Of a DNA stretch of 64,000 bases, positions 9,099-16,916 are shown in pieces. The notes beneath the pieces were generated by a model, which saw only the letters and a list, made by a program, of their open reading frames with translations, had not been told where the DNA came from and did not search any database. Numbering within the stretch: position 1 is the stretch's first letter; the number at the start of each line of letters is the position of its first letter. The DNA is from an uncultured virus (IMG/VR IMGVR_UViG_3300030389_002306) (lineage: Duplodnaviria > Heunggongvirae > Uroviricota > Caudoviricetes): positions 1-64,000 of IMG/VR virus record IMGVR_UViG_3300030389_002306; one strand, 5' to 3'. Position numbers and translations under genes: made by a program.

Positions 9099-9390
9099 TT
9101 TTTCTTTTTTTACGTAGGGCTTCCTTACCCTTTTTAAATATACTAACTACTTGGGTTTTACCCATTACTTTTGCTCTTTGTTCCCCAACAGTTAAAATTT
9201 GTATTTTCCTAGCATACGGTTTACTAATTCTTTTAACCTTAGCCACAGTAGCCCTAGCGTCAGAAGGTGTGGCAAAGCGTATACTAACAGTATCCTTTGG
9301 ATTTTCATCCGTATATAATCTCCTACCACTACCCTTTGGTTTTTTACCTGTTCCTTTTTTAGGATCTTTATTTTTTCTTTTTGCTGGCAT
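9091..9390 (-). CDS. Small basic protein
   Basis: Likely start MPAKRK at 9390; GRRLYTDENPKDTV motif. Confidence 0.6.
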   Translation of the reverse strand: MPAKRKNKDPKKGTGKKPKGSGRRLYTDENPKDTVSIRFATPSDARATVAKVKRISKPYARKIQILTVGEQRAKVMGKTQVVSIFKKGKEALRKKRKNA

Positions 9391-9544
9391 TTTTGTGTAC
9401 TTTTTGAATATCAAAACTAGCAGACAATGATGCACCTCTGTGTGGTTTGTATCCACCAGCAGGATTTTTCATCAGCTTATAGTTATTATTGCCTTTTTTC
9501 ATCCAATGAAAACCAGCAGGAGCTTTTACAGATTTTTTAGCCAT
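9368..9544 (-). CDS. 58-aa basic protein (not in the ORF track)
   Basis: MAKKSVKAPAGFHWMKKG...YKPHRGAS...KKKK fills the gap between neighbours. Confidence 0.65.
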   Translation of the reverse strand: MAKKSVKAPAGFHWMKKGNNNYKLMKNPAGGYKPHRGASLSASFDIQKVHKNASKKKK

Positions 9545-9547
9545 ATC

Positions 9548-9865
9548 TTAATTATGTTGTGTAAGCGGAAAACGACAACCATGATCGCAGTTCCATTTAC
9601 GTAATGATTTATTAATTCTTGAATTAGGATCTCTTCTAGTCTTAGCAGATGTAAGCTTAGCTTTCATTCCTTTCATTCTAGCACAAAACGACTTTCTACG
9701 TTTAGCAGCCTTAGAACCTTTTTTTAATTTAGAAGGTTTAGTAGTAACAGCAGTCTTTAATTTAGATCCAGGATTAGCTCTACGATAAGATGCTACACCT
9801 TTTCTATTTAAACCACCTGAAGGACTTTTGCCTTCTTTACGTTGCCATGCAGGAGTCTTAGCCAT
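9548..9865 (-). CDS. Small basic protein, ends QHN
   Basis: AWQRKEGK..GGLN, RRKSFCARMKG, SRINKSLRKWNC. Confidence 0.7.
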   Translation of the reverse strand: MAKTPAWQRKEGKSPSGGLNRKGVASYRRANPGSKLKTAVTTKPSKLKKGSKAAKRRKSFCARMKGMKAKLTSAKTRRDPNSRINKSLRKWNCDHGCRFPLTQHN

Positions 9866-10280
9866 TTTTTTCTACATTATTTTTTTTACTGCTACCCCCA
9901 AAGAAAAAGTCAATAATAGTATTAACTTTCGCTGACATAGCTCCAAAGATAGTAGAAATAAAACTAATTTCAAACTCACCCATATTAATTCCACCACCTA
10001 CAAAGTGCTGAAACATAACAAAACTAATACCAAAATAAGCTACTGTAAATAATGTTGCTAAAACTTTTTGTATAATAGCATCATCTTTATACATGTCGCG
10101 CGCAGACTTACGATCTTCTACTTCTTTAGCAAAAGCTTCACGTTCTGCTTCTAGCATTATTTTTTGTAATTCTATCTTAGCTTGATCTCTTTCCTTATCA
10201 GTTGTAATTACTTTGTCTAATATACCCTCTGCGTTGTCTAATACTTTACCAAACAAACCGCCTGCTAATTTACTAATCAT
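9858..10280 (-). CDS. Putative holin (3TM type)
   Basis: Amphipathic N-terminus, DRKSAR motif, two hydrophobic helices, FFFGGS followed by a basic tail. Confidence 0.65.
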   Translation of the reverse strand: MISKLAGGLFGKVLDNAEGILDKVITTDKERDQAKIELQKIMLEAEREAFAKEVEDRKSARDMYKDDAIIQKVLATLFTVAYFGISFVMFQHFVGGGINMGEFEISFISTIFGAMSAKVNTIIDFFFGGSSKKNNVEKNG

Positions 10281-10473
10281 CTGTTCTATTTACACAACAA
10301 TCCTCGTATATGCAATTTTCTGCACCAGTGTCGTCTTGTGTATTACAACATGATCCATCTTTTAACTCACAACTTTCATCATTGTTACAACAAGGTTTAC
10401 CACAAGGAGAATTTTCTATTTGTTCTTCACTCATATTTCTAGTATAATCATAATAATATTCAGACTTAGTCAT
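10273..10473 (-). CDS. Small Cys-rich acidic protein
   Basis: 66 aa with 9 Cys including three CC pairs. Confidence 0.55.
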   Translation of the reverse strand: MTKSEYYYDYTRNMSEEQIENSPCGKPCCNNDESCELKDGSCCNTQDDTGAENCIYEDCCVNRTDD

Positions 10474-12325
10474 TTACTATTATGGTTTTTCTATAGTTTA
10501 AATTATCATACATAATAATAATATGATAAACTCCCTGTAATAAATCTATAGAGTTAATATTATTTTTTTCTATTATAAGTTTACCTATTGAATTGTAAAC
10601 TTGCACATTTACAAATTTACTAAAATATACTGTATTATTTGTAGGATTTGGATAAACTGATAATCCTATACGATTAAAGTCTGTTAAATCAGTAGGTCCA
10701 CTCCAACCATCTTCACAATAGTTATACAAATCTACACAAGTGTTATCCCATAAATTATTACAACAGTATGGATCAATACTAATTACCCATTCAAAACAAG
10801 AATTAGGTATGTAATGTGGTACATCTGCATAGCAATCAGATTCATAATAACAACTACTATCAGGTATATTTGCATCGATATTATAATTCACAGCTGTAAT
10901 ATCTGTACAACCTTCTAACGGCAATATACAAGAACCATTATCTACATTAGCTAATGGATTAAAATTAAGAGCCAAAGAGTCTGTACAACCATTTATAATG
11001 TCTATACAGCTGCCATTATCAGTATTACAAGTATCGCAATAGTTTAATGCAGTAGGATCTATACACCCAAAAATAAGTGGTATACAGCTACCATCATCTA
11101 CATTAGCATTAGGATTATAGTTAAATGCACCATCATCCATACAACCTTCTACAACTTCTATACATGATCCTTCAAGCTCTACGTTTGCTTCAGGATTATA
11201 ATTCAAGGCTGTAGAATCCATACAGCCAAGAACGATTAGTGTAATACAAGAACCATCGTCAAAATCTGCATTACTATCATACTCGAGATAATTTGGATTC
11301 ATACATCCAGCAAGATAATAGCAGCTGCCATCGTCCGTGTTTACACTATCATTATAGTTTAAAGCTGTGCTATCTATACAGCCATATGTTCTGTCAATAC
11401 ATTCGTTACCACAATAAGTTTCACCTATTATGTGCATAAAAGGAGGTATTGGATTTGCAAAACCACCTTCTTGTTCTATAGCTATATATTCATCGGAATA
11501 AAGACTGTAACCACATTGTACAGATGTAAAGTCTGATTGAAAGTTTATTTCAAATATGGCTTTTACTAAATAACCTGCGTTTAAATTTAATTCGTAGATT
11601 GTATCAAATCCATTGATTAATGTAAAAGTATCTACTAGCTCAAAGTTATATGGTGGAGATAAATTAGTTGCTTGTGATAATATAATAAATGATCCAGCCC
11701 AGCCATTACCAGCCAAATCAGTTAACTCTAAATAATGTGTGCAGGCAGGTATATTTATATCTGTGTTTGCACTATCAACATAGTTATAAGCTAATGAATC
11801 TGTACAACCATATACAATAGGCGTATAACACATACCTGTATCAACTGTAGCTTCTAAATCAAACTCTACATAACTACTATCCATACAACCAAATACAGGA
11901 GGTGGAGGTGGACAATTTGTAGTTATTAAAGTGTCTATTAACTCATTGCCAAAATCAGCAGAGTCTAGCTGCCATATAGTATCACCACATTGCTCTATAT
12001 ATACGCTTCCATCTTCGCCACCCCATAAACTACCTGCAACACCATCACCATAGCTGTCTTTTAAAATTAATATAAAAGTATCTACAGGAGTGCAAGTAGA
12101 TATATATTGTGGTTGATAATCAACTATGTCTACAAAAGGCCCGCCTTGCATTAATGTATCTCCTTGCATGTTTAAAACAACAAAAGAAGTTTCCTGAGGA
12201 TATTGATCAGGATTTATTGTAACATCTAAACCCCAGGTGCCAGGAGGACATTGTCCAAATGCTGTAGCTATACTAAATACTATAACTATTATAAAAGCAT
12301 ATAAAAATTTTGTAAACTTATTCAT
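10466..12325 (-). CDS. Exported Cys-repeat protein with T9SS type-A-like C-terminal sorting domain
   Basis: Signal peptide ending AFG-Q; nine GCxD..A.NY repeats; C-terminal VYPNPT...VYNSIGK...GVYHI...KTII. Confidence 0.75.
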   Translation of the reverse strand: MNKFTKFLYAFIIVIVFSIATAFGQCPPGTWGLDVTINPDQYPQETSFVVLNMQGDTLMQGGPFVDIVDYQPQYISTCTPVDTFILILKDSYGDGVAGSLWGGEDGSVYIEQCGDTIWQLDSADFGNELIDTLITTNCPPPPPVFGCMDSSYVEFDLEATVDTGMCYTPIVYGCTDSLAYNYVDSANTDINIPACTHYLELTDLAGNGWAGSFIILSQATNLSPPYNFELVDTFTLINGFDTIYELNLNAGYLVKAIFEINFQSDFTSVQCGYSLYSDEYIAIEQEGGFANPIPPFMHIIGETYCGNECIDRTYGCIDSTALNYNDSVNTDDGSCYYLAGCMNPNYLEYDSNADFDDGSCITLIVLGCMDSTALNYNPEANVELEGSCIEVVEGCMDDGAFNYNPNANVDDGSCIPLIFGCIDPTALNYCDTCNTDNGSCIDIINGCTDSLALNFNPLANVDNGSCILPLEGCTDITAVNYNIDANIPDSSCYYESDCYADVPHYIPNSCFEWVISIDPYCCNNLWDNTCVDLYNYCEDGWSGPTDLTDFNRIGLSVYPNPTNNTVYFSKFVNVQVYNSIGKLIIEKNNINSIDLLQGVYHIIIMYDNLNYRKTIIVND

Positions 12326-12536
12326 ACCACCAATTTGTATCACAATATTTTATTTCTTCATATGTGTTGTATTCATCTGATCCATATAACTGTCCCCCTT
12401 CAAGATTAACATTATCGTATAAAATAGCAACTACATCATTATTAGAATCTACAATAACAACATCTTTTTCTCTTAATAATCTTTTGCCATCAAATGCATC
12501 TTTGCAATTTGGACATCTATTTTGTATAAACTCCAT
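12318..12536 (-). CDS. Hypothetical protein
   Basis: Coupled ORF. Confidence 0.5.
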   Translation of the reverse strand: MEFIQNRCPNCKDAFDGKRLLREKDVVIVDSNNDVVAILYDNVNLEGGQLYGSDEYNTYEEIKYCDTNWWYE

Positions 12537-13437
12537 TATTTAAAACCTCTAATTTGAAAACTATCTACAGCAGCATCTTGTCTAAAATGTGGAGTTGATG
12601 AACCAGCAGATCCAGCATTTATTACACTAAAATATGCTAACCATATATACACGCTTGATTGACCAGCAGCAGCTGATAAATCTGCAGTAACATATCTATA
12701 TCTTTGGTTTCCTGCACTTTGTATTTGTCCTTGAGAACCTATCCTTACTTGATTAGTGTGTGTTGAATCTTCAGCTGTTAGTGAGTTATCTTGCATAACT
12801 TTAAAAGNNNNNNNNNNAAAGTTGCACCACCAGCTGTTCTACTTGTAAATCCTAAACCTGAACCTGCCTCTGCTGCACTACTTGAACTATCAGCATCAGT
12901 AGTTACTGCTACACCTATACCTGTTGCAGAAGCACCAAACGTGCTTCCAAATAAATGCACAAACATTGTAAGCTCAACAGAATCAAATTCGCTTAAATCA
13001 AGCTCTGGTGTTCTTAAAGCTCTAATAGCTCCTGCGCCACCTTGATTTAAAGCTTGTTGATATGTAACTGACGCACCAGTAGCAGCACTAGACTCATAAA
13101 CTAAATGTGAAATAGAAGAATTGTTAGTAGTTGTATCAATCTCACCCAATGTATTAAAACCTCCGCTATGTGATCCATTAGGCCCAGTTGATGAAGATGC
13201 TGTTCCACCCTTATCGTGCACCCATGCACTAGTATTTATATTTGAACCTAAACCCATATAATTAGTAGAACCAAAAGCTGTTTGAGTATTCACAGCTTTT
13301 GTAAAAACTCCAAATCCTTCATCAATAGGTGCAAATACAGGTGAAGAATTTGAGTTCATAGCAGTTTCAAATATAGTAGCTAAACTTAAAGATCTAGCAC
13401 TAGGAACTACCAATGAATTTGATAAAGATAACTGCAT
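12536..13437 (-). CDS. Putative tail/receptor-binding accessory protein, split by an N gap
   Basis: Ser/Thr/Gly-rich; MQLSLSNSL N-terminus; an open frame continues after the gap at 12808-12817 (FKVMQDNS...). Confidence 0.5.
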
Positions 13438-13438
13438 A

Positions 13439-13795
13439 TCAAAACTTACTTATTATAACTTCTTCAATATACTCTTGAACTTCTTCTTTAGTTGCAACCA
13501 TTTTGAAACTAAGATCTGCTTGAAATCTTTTAATTTCTTCTCCATCATCTAATATAATTATTGTAGGAACAACAGCTATACTATATTTAGTTTGATTATT
13601 GTTCTCTTCGATTAATAATTGTTTTTTATCACAGTCTTTTAATTTATAAAACCATGATACATCGTTGTTTGTATTAAACTCTGCATTAAAGTGTATCGCT
13701 GTAATCTGTGAAAAAGCAACGGTAGAGACACACAATAAAAACAATACAAACAAATATATCAATAACATTTCCCATACAACTGCAAGTTTTTTCAT
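13439..13795 (-). CDS. Exported thioredoxin-fold protein lacking CxxC
   Basis: Signal-like N-terminus ending AFS-Q; HFNAEF and YSIAVVPTIIILDDGEEIKRF (cis-Pro loop). Confidence 0.6.
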   Translation of the reverse strand: MKKLAVVWEMLLIYLFVLFLLCVSTVAFSQITAIHFNAEFNTNNDVSWFYKLKDCDKKQLLIEENNNQTKYSIAVVPTIIILDDGEEIKRFQADLSFKMVATKEEVQEYIEEVIISKF

Positions 13796-14073
13796 TATTG
13801 ATAAATTTTTCTTTCTATTTTTTCTAATGTTTCTTTGATTTCTTTTACATCTTCTTGTGTAGTCATTATTGTTTGACGAACAAGCTGATCTTTCATATCA
13901 AATTCCATTCGTGTAACCTCTGCTGGTATTGGCTCAGGCAATTCTTTTGCTTCTTGTATTTCAGCTTTTAATGTAAACCACATACCAGTCATTGTTACCA
14001 AGACAAAACCAATACCTATTATTGTTTCTAAACTTAATTTTAGTTTTGTCTCTTTACTTATTTCAGTTGCCAT
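13795..14073 (-). CDS. Single-TM coiled-coil membrane protein
   Basis: TIIGIGFVLVTMTGMWF followed by heptads. Confidence 0.6.
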   Translation of the reverse strand: MATEISKETKLKLSLETIIGIGFVLVTMTGMWFTLKAEIQEAKELPEPIPAEVTRMEFDMKDQLVRQTIMTTQEDVKEIKETLEKIERKIYQ

Positions 14074-14074
14074 G

Positions 14075-15112
14075 TTAAAATATTATATAATTTATTCCAA
14101 ATTTAAAATCGTACCACTCTCTGTTCCAGTACTTATTATATTTGCCCTCTACAAAGGTACCTAAATGTTTATTAATTTTCAAACCAAAAATTAAACCACC
14201 AGAATAGTCATACCATTGTTCACCATCATTAAAATTGTGATATGAATATTGTCCACCATCATTATAATGATATGGCATAAAATTACCCCAAGAATGTAAC
14301 CAAAAGTTTTTCTTATAATGATAGAAATCAAATCCAATAACTAATGAATGTTGCCATTGATTAGCTAGCTCTTGCCTTTTCTTAGTTACATAGTTTTCTA
14401 ATACTTGTGGAATAACCACTTGATTCCAGACATCAGAGCTTGTTGCAACAATATCTCCATTTGGATTTTTATATTCAGACTCATATACATCAACTTCATA
14501 ACCCTCGTTAATTGCAAGTTGTGTATAGTGTATATCTCCTGTTGACAACATCCATTGCTCTAAAGGATCAAAACCATATGGCTCAGCTAATCTTTGTACT
14601 GAACCAATATTAAAAGATAATTTTTTATTACCGTTTAATCTTAACCTTTGTGTACTTTCGAAATATTTTATGTCCGCGAAGCCATCTACAATATATTCTA
14701 CTTTAGACAACCATTTAGATTTTACATATCTTATAAAATGATGTTGATCTAAATACTCTACGCCCTCTTGTCTTTTATATTGTAATTGAAATAAATATTC
14801 AAAAGGGTTTCTACCTACGCTAGCAGCATCACTAAATGATGATTCAGTTCCATCTTTAAAAGTAGTTCTATCTTCATATCCAAATCGTTGTATTTTTCTT
14901 ATACCTAAAGACAAAGAATAATCATATGGAGTTATTATAGTATCATAGTCTAATTTACTTCCATCTACAGAATAAATATCTCTATCAGACAATGATGTGC
15001 CACCATTAGCTGCAATATAAAATGTAGAAAATTTAAAAACTTTTTTTACCTGTGCGTAAGAAGATATGCTGCATAGCAGTAATATAAAAAATATTACAGT
15101 ATGCTTTTTCAT
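14075..15112 (-). CDS. Putative outer-membrane beta-barrel protein
   Basis: Signal peptide MKKHTVIFF...SYA-Q; aromatic-rich alternating strands; C-terminus FKFGINYIIF. Confidence 0.6.
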   Translation of the reverse strand: MKKHTVIFFILLLCSISSYAQVKKVFKFSTFYIAANGGTSLSDRDIYSVDGSKLDYDTIITPYDYSLSLGIRKIQRFGYEDRTTFKDGTESSFSDAASVGRNPFEYLFQLQYKRQEGVEYLDQHHFIRYVKSKWLSKVEYIVDGFADIKYFESTQRLRLNGNKKLSFNIGSVQRLAEPYGFDPLEQWMLSTGDIHYTQLAINEGYEVDVYESEYKNPNGDIVATSSDVWNQVVIPQVLENYVTKKRQELANQWQHSLVIGFDFYHYKKNFWLHSWGNFMPYHYNDGGQYSYHNFNDGEQWYDYSGGLIFGLKINKHLGTFVEGKYNKYWNREWYDFKFGINYIIF

Positions 15113-15113
15113 T

Positions 15114-15479
15114 TTATAAATTAAATGGTTGTGGCGCAAAGTAACAAACACATGTACCACTATTTAATTCAACAAAATCCCATTTACCAAATATTGTTAC
15201 ACCTTTAGGAAAAGTATGTGAAGTAGTTATATCTGTAGCGTTAGATGCTGCTCCAAATCTAGCATCGTGATCATTTTCTGCAGTCACTGTACTAATAGAT
15301 CCTATTTGTCCTTTATAGGTTTGTAAGTTTTGAAATGTAGTGTCTGCTAGCATTGTTATCGCTATAACATACATAGTAGCACTACTACCATTTAAATCCA
15401 CAGTACCACCATCACCTGTAATAAATGATGATCCATATTGTCCTAGCGTAGCGTTATATAAATCTGTATTGTTTGCCAT
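15114..15479 (-). CDS. Small structural-type protein
   Basis: GQYGS...TFPKGVTIFGKW; paralog of the next gene. Confidence 0.55.
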   Translation of the reverse strand: MANNTDLYNATLGQYGSSFITGDGGTVDLNGSSATMYVIAITMLADTTFQNLQTYKGQIGSISTVTAENDHDARFGAASNATDITTSHTFPKGVTIFGKWDFVELNSGTCVCYFAPQPFNL

Positions 15480-15481
15480 AA

Positions 15482-15841
15482 TTAATTACCTATGTATGCG
15501 ATTAATGCTCCTGGTGTTGCTATATTTATAGATGTCCATCTACCAAATATAGTCAATCCAGCAGGAAATGTATTACTTGCGTCTATTGCATCACCACCAG
15601 TGCCTGCTACTGCAGACTGTGTTGATCCATCATGTATAGAGGCGTTAGTTCCAGCAAAACCTAAACCATCATTAGCAGTATCTGATACTAATCCTGTACT
15701 ACTATCTAATGTTGTATCAGCTACAAATTGTATAGCTACAAAAACTTTATTATTAGGAGGTTTGATTTCTCCGTCTGCATCAGTAAATATCGAACCTTGT
15801 TGTCCAAACTGACTTCTAAATAATTGATCCACGTTTGCCAT
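15482..15841 (-). CDS. Small structural-type protein
   Basis: GQQGS...TFPAGLTIFGRW. Confidence 0.55.
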   Translation of the reverse strand: MANVDQLFRSQFGQQGSIFTDADGEIKPPNNKVFVAIQFVADTTLDSSTGLVSDTANDGLGFAGTNASIHDGSTQSAVAGTGGDAIDASNTFPAGLTIFGRWTSINIATPGALIAYIGN

Positions 15842-15845
15842 TATG

Positions 15846-15853
15846 CAAATATA
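15846..15853 (-). promoter_or_regulatory. -7 promoter element 4 nt before ATG
   Basis: TATATTTG-CATA-ATG. Confidence 0.6.
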
Positions 15854-15858
15854 TAAAA

Positions 15859-16062
15859 TTAAATTGTTAAATCTTCTACTTTAGACTTTTCATCATCAGT
15901 TAAATCATTGTAATGTCTATCTTTAACTATAACTATATAACTATTATTATATTCTTCTTCTACACCAAAAGTATATGTGTGTTCATCAGGATAACCATAA
16001 AGAATATTTAATCTATTTATCAAATCCTTACATTCTTGTTGTGTGCCTTTAAAATACTTCAT
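15859..16062 (-). CDS. Hypothetical protein
   Basis: Coupled ORF following the lectin-like gene. Confidence 0.5.
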   Translation of the reverse strand: MKYFKGTQQECKDLINRLNILYGYPDEHTYTFGVEEEYNNSYIVIVKDRHYNDLTDDEKSKVEDLTI

Positions 16063-16916
16063 TATGATATACTATGTCTATCCATTAAATATTGTTCTAC
16101 TTTATCTCTATCGTCTGATGATAACTTACTATGACAGTTTACTATTTCAAATAACTTTCCACGCATACTATTTGAATTAGATCCTAAATTACCTACAGTA
16201 ATCAGTCCACATGTACGAGTGTTACCATTAGTAAGAGTTTTATTTACTCCATTTACTCTTAAAGTTATTTCACCATTCGTGCCTCCTGCATATTCTATAG
16301 TTATTAAAAATTTTTGATCTGCTGGATATTCATTACCTGCACTTGTACCAGTATTAAAAGCCGCACCACCTCCAGAAATTCCAGAAATAGCAACAAAATC
16401 ACCTAGTGTTGTAAAAGATGCACCACCAGTTGCGGAAGTTAATTGTGTAAAACCAGAACCAGGAACACCATCATCTACAAAGTGATTTTCAGAAAAGAAA
16501 ATATGTGTAGTTTGTCCAAGACTTGAACTATATTCATATACAATAAATATAGAAGCACCTGAAGTACCGCTTAGATTCATAACATCAAATACATCATGTG
16601 GAAAATCAAAATCAAAAGCATCATCAGTAGTATTCCAATCATATTCTTTTTGATATAGTCTATCAGTATTATCAAAAAGCACATGTGCATCAACTCCCGT
16701 GCCAGAAATAGATGGTTGTCTTCCACTTGTAGCACTTATCCAATCAGTTTCTCCTATATTATCTCTCCATCTAGCAACCACACCAGATCCTACAGAAGTT
16801 TCTGTAATACCTGTATCTGCTTTTAACCAAGTTATAACTTCAGACAAACTATCTACAGTAAAAGGTTTACCTTGTTTTCTAGTTTTTGTTAATCCTAAAC
16901 CTAATCCTATATTCAT
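16062..16916 (-). CDS. LamG/concanavalin-like putative receptor-binding protein
   Basis: MNIGLGLGL N-terminus, WLKADTG, WRD, GKLFEIV...VEQYLMDRH pattern. Confidence 0.6.
   Translation of the reverse strand: MNIGLGLGLTKTRKQGKPFTVDSLSEVITWLKADTGITETSVGSGVVARWRDNIGETDWISATSGRQPSISGTGVDAHVLFDNTDRLYQKEYDWNTTDDAFDFDFPHDVFDVMNLSGTSGASIFIVYEYSSSLGQTTHIFFSENHFVDDGVPGSGFTQLTSATGGASFTTLGDFVAISGISGGGAAFNTGTSAGNEYPADQKFLITIEYAGGTNGEITLRVNGVNKTLTNGNTRTCGLITVGNLGSNSNSMRGKLFEIVNCHSKLSSDDRDKVEQYLMDRHSIS

Noticed and set aside
10840..11900. CRISPR array or DGR repeats
   Set aside because: The repeats are degenerate in-frame protein repeats; no cas or reverse transcriptase gene was seen in the window
12778..12817. 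Two separate genes or a pseudogene at 12536-13437
   Set aside because: The frame change falls at the N gap 12808-12817 and an open frame continues on the other side
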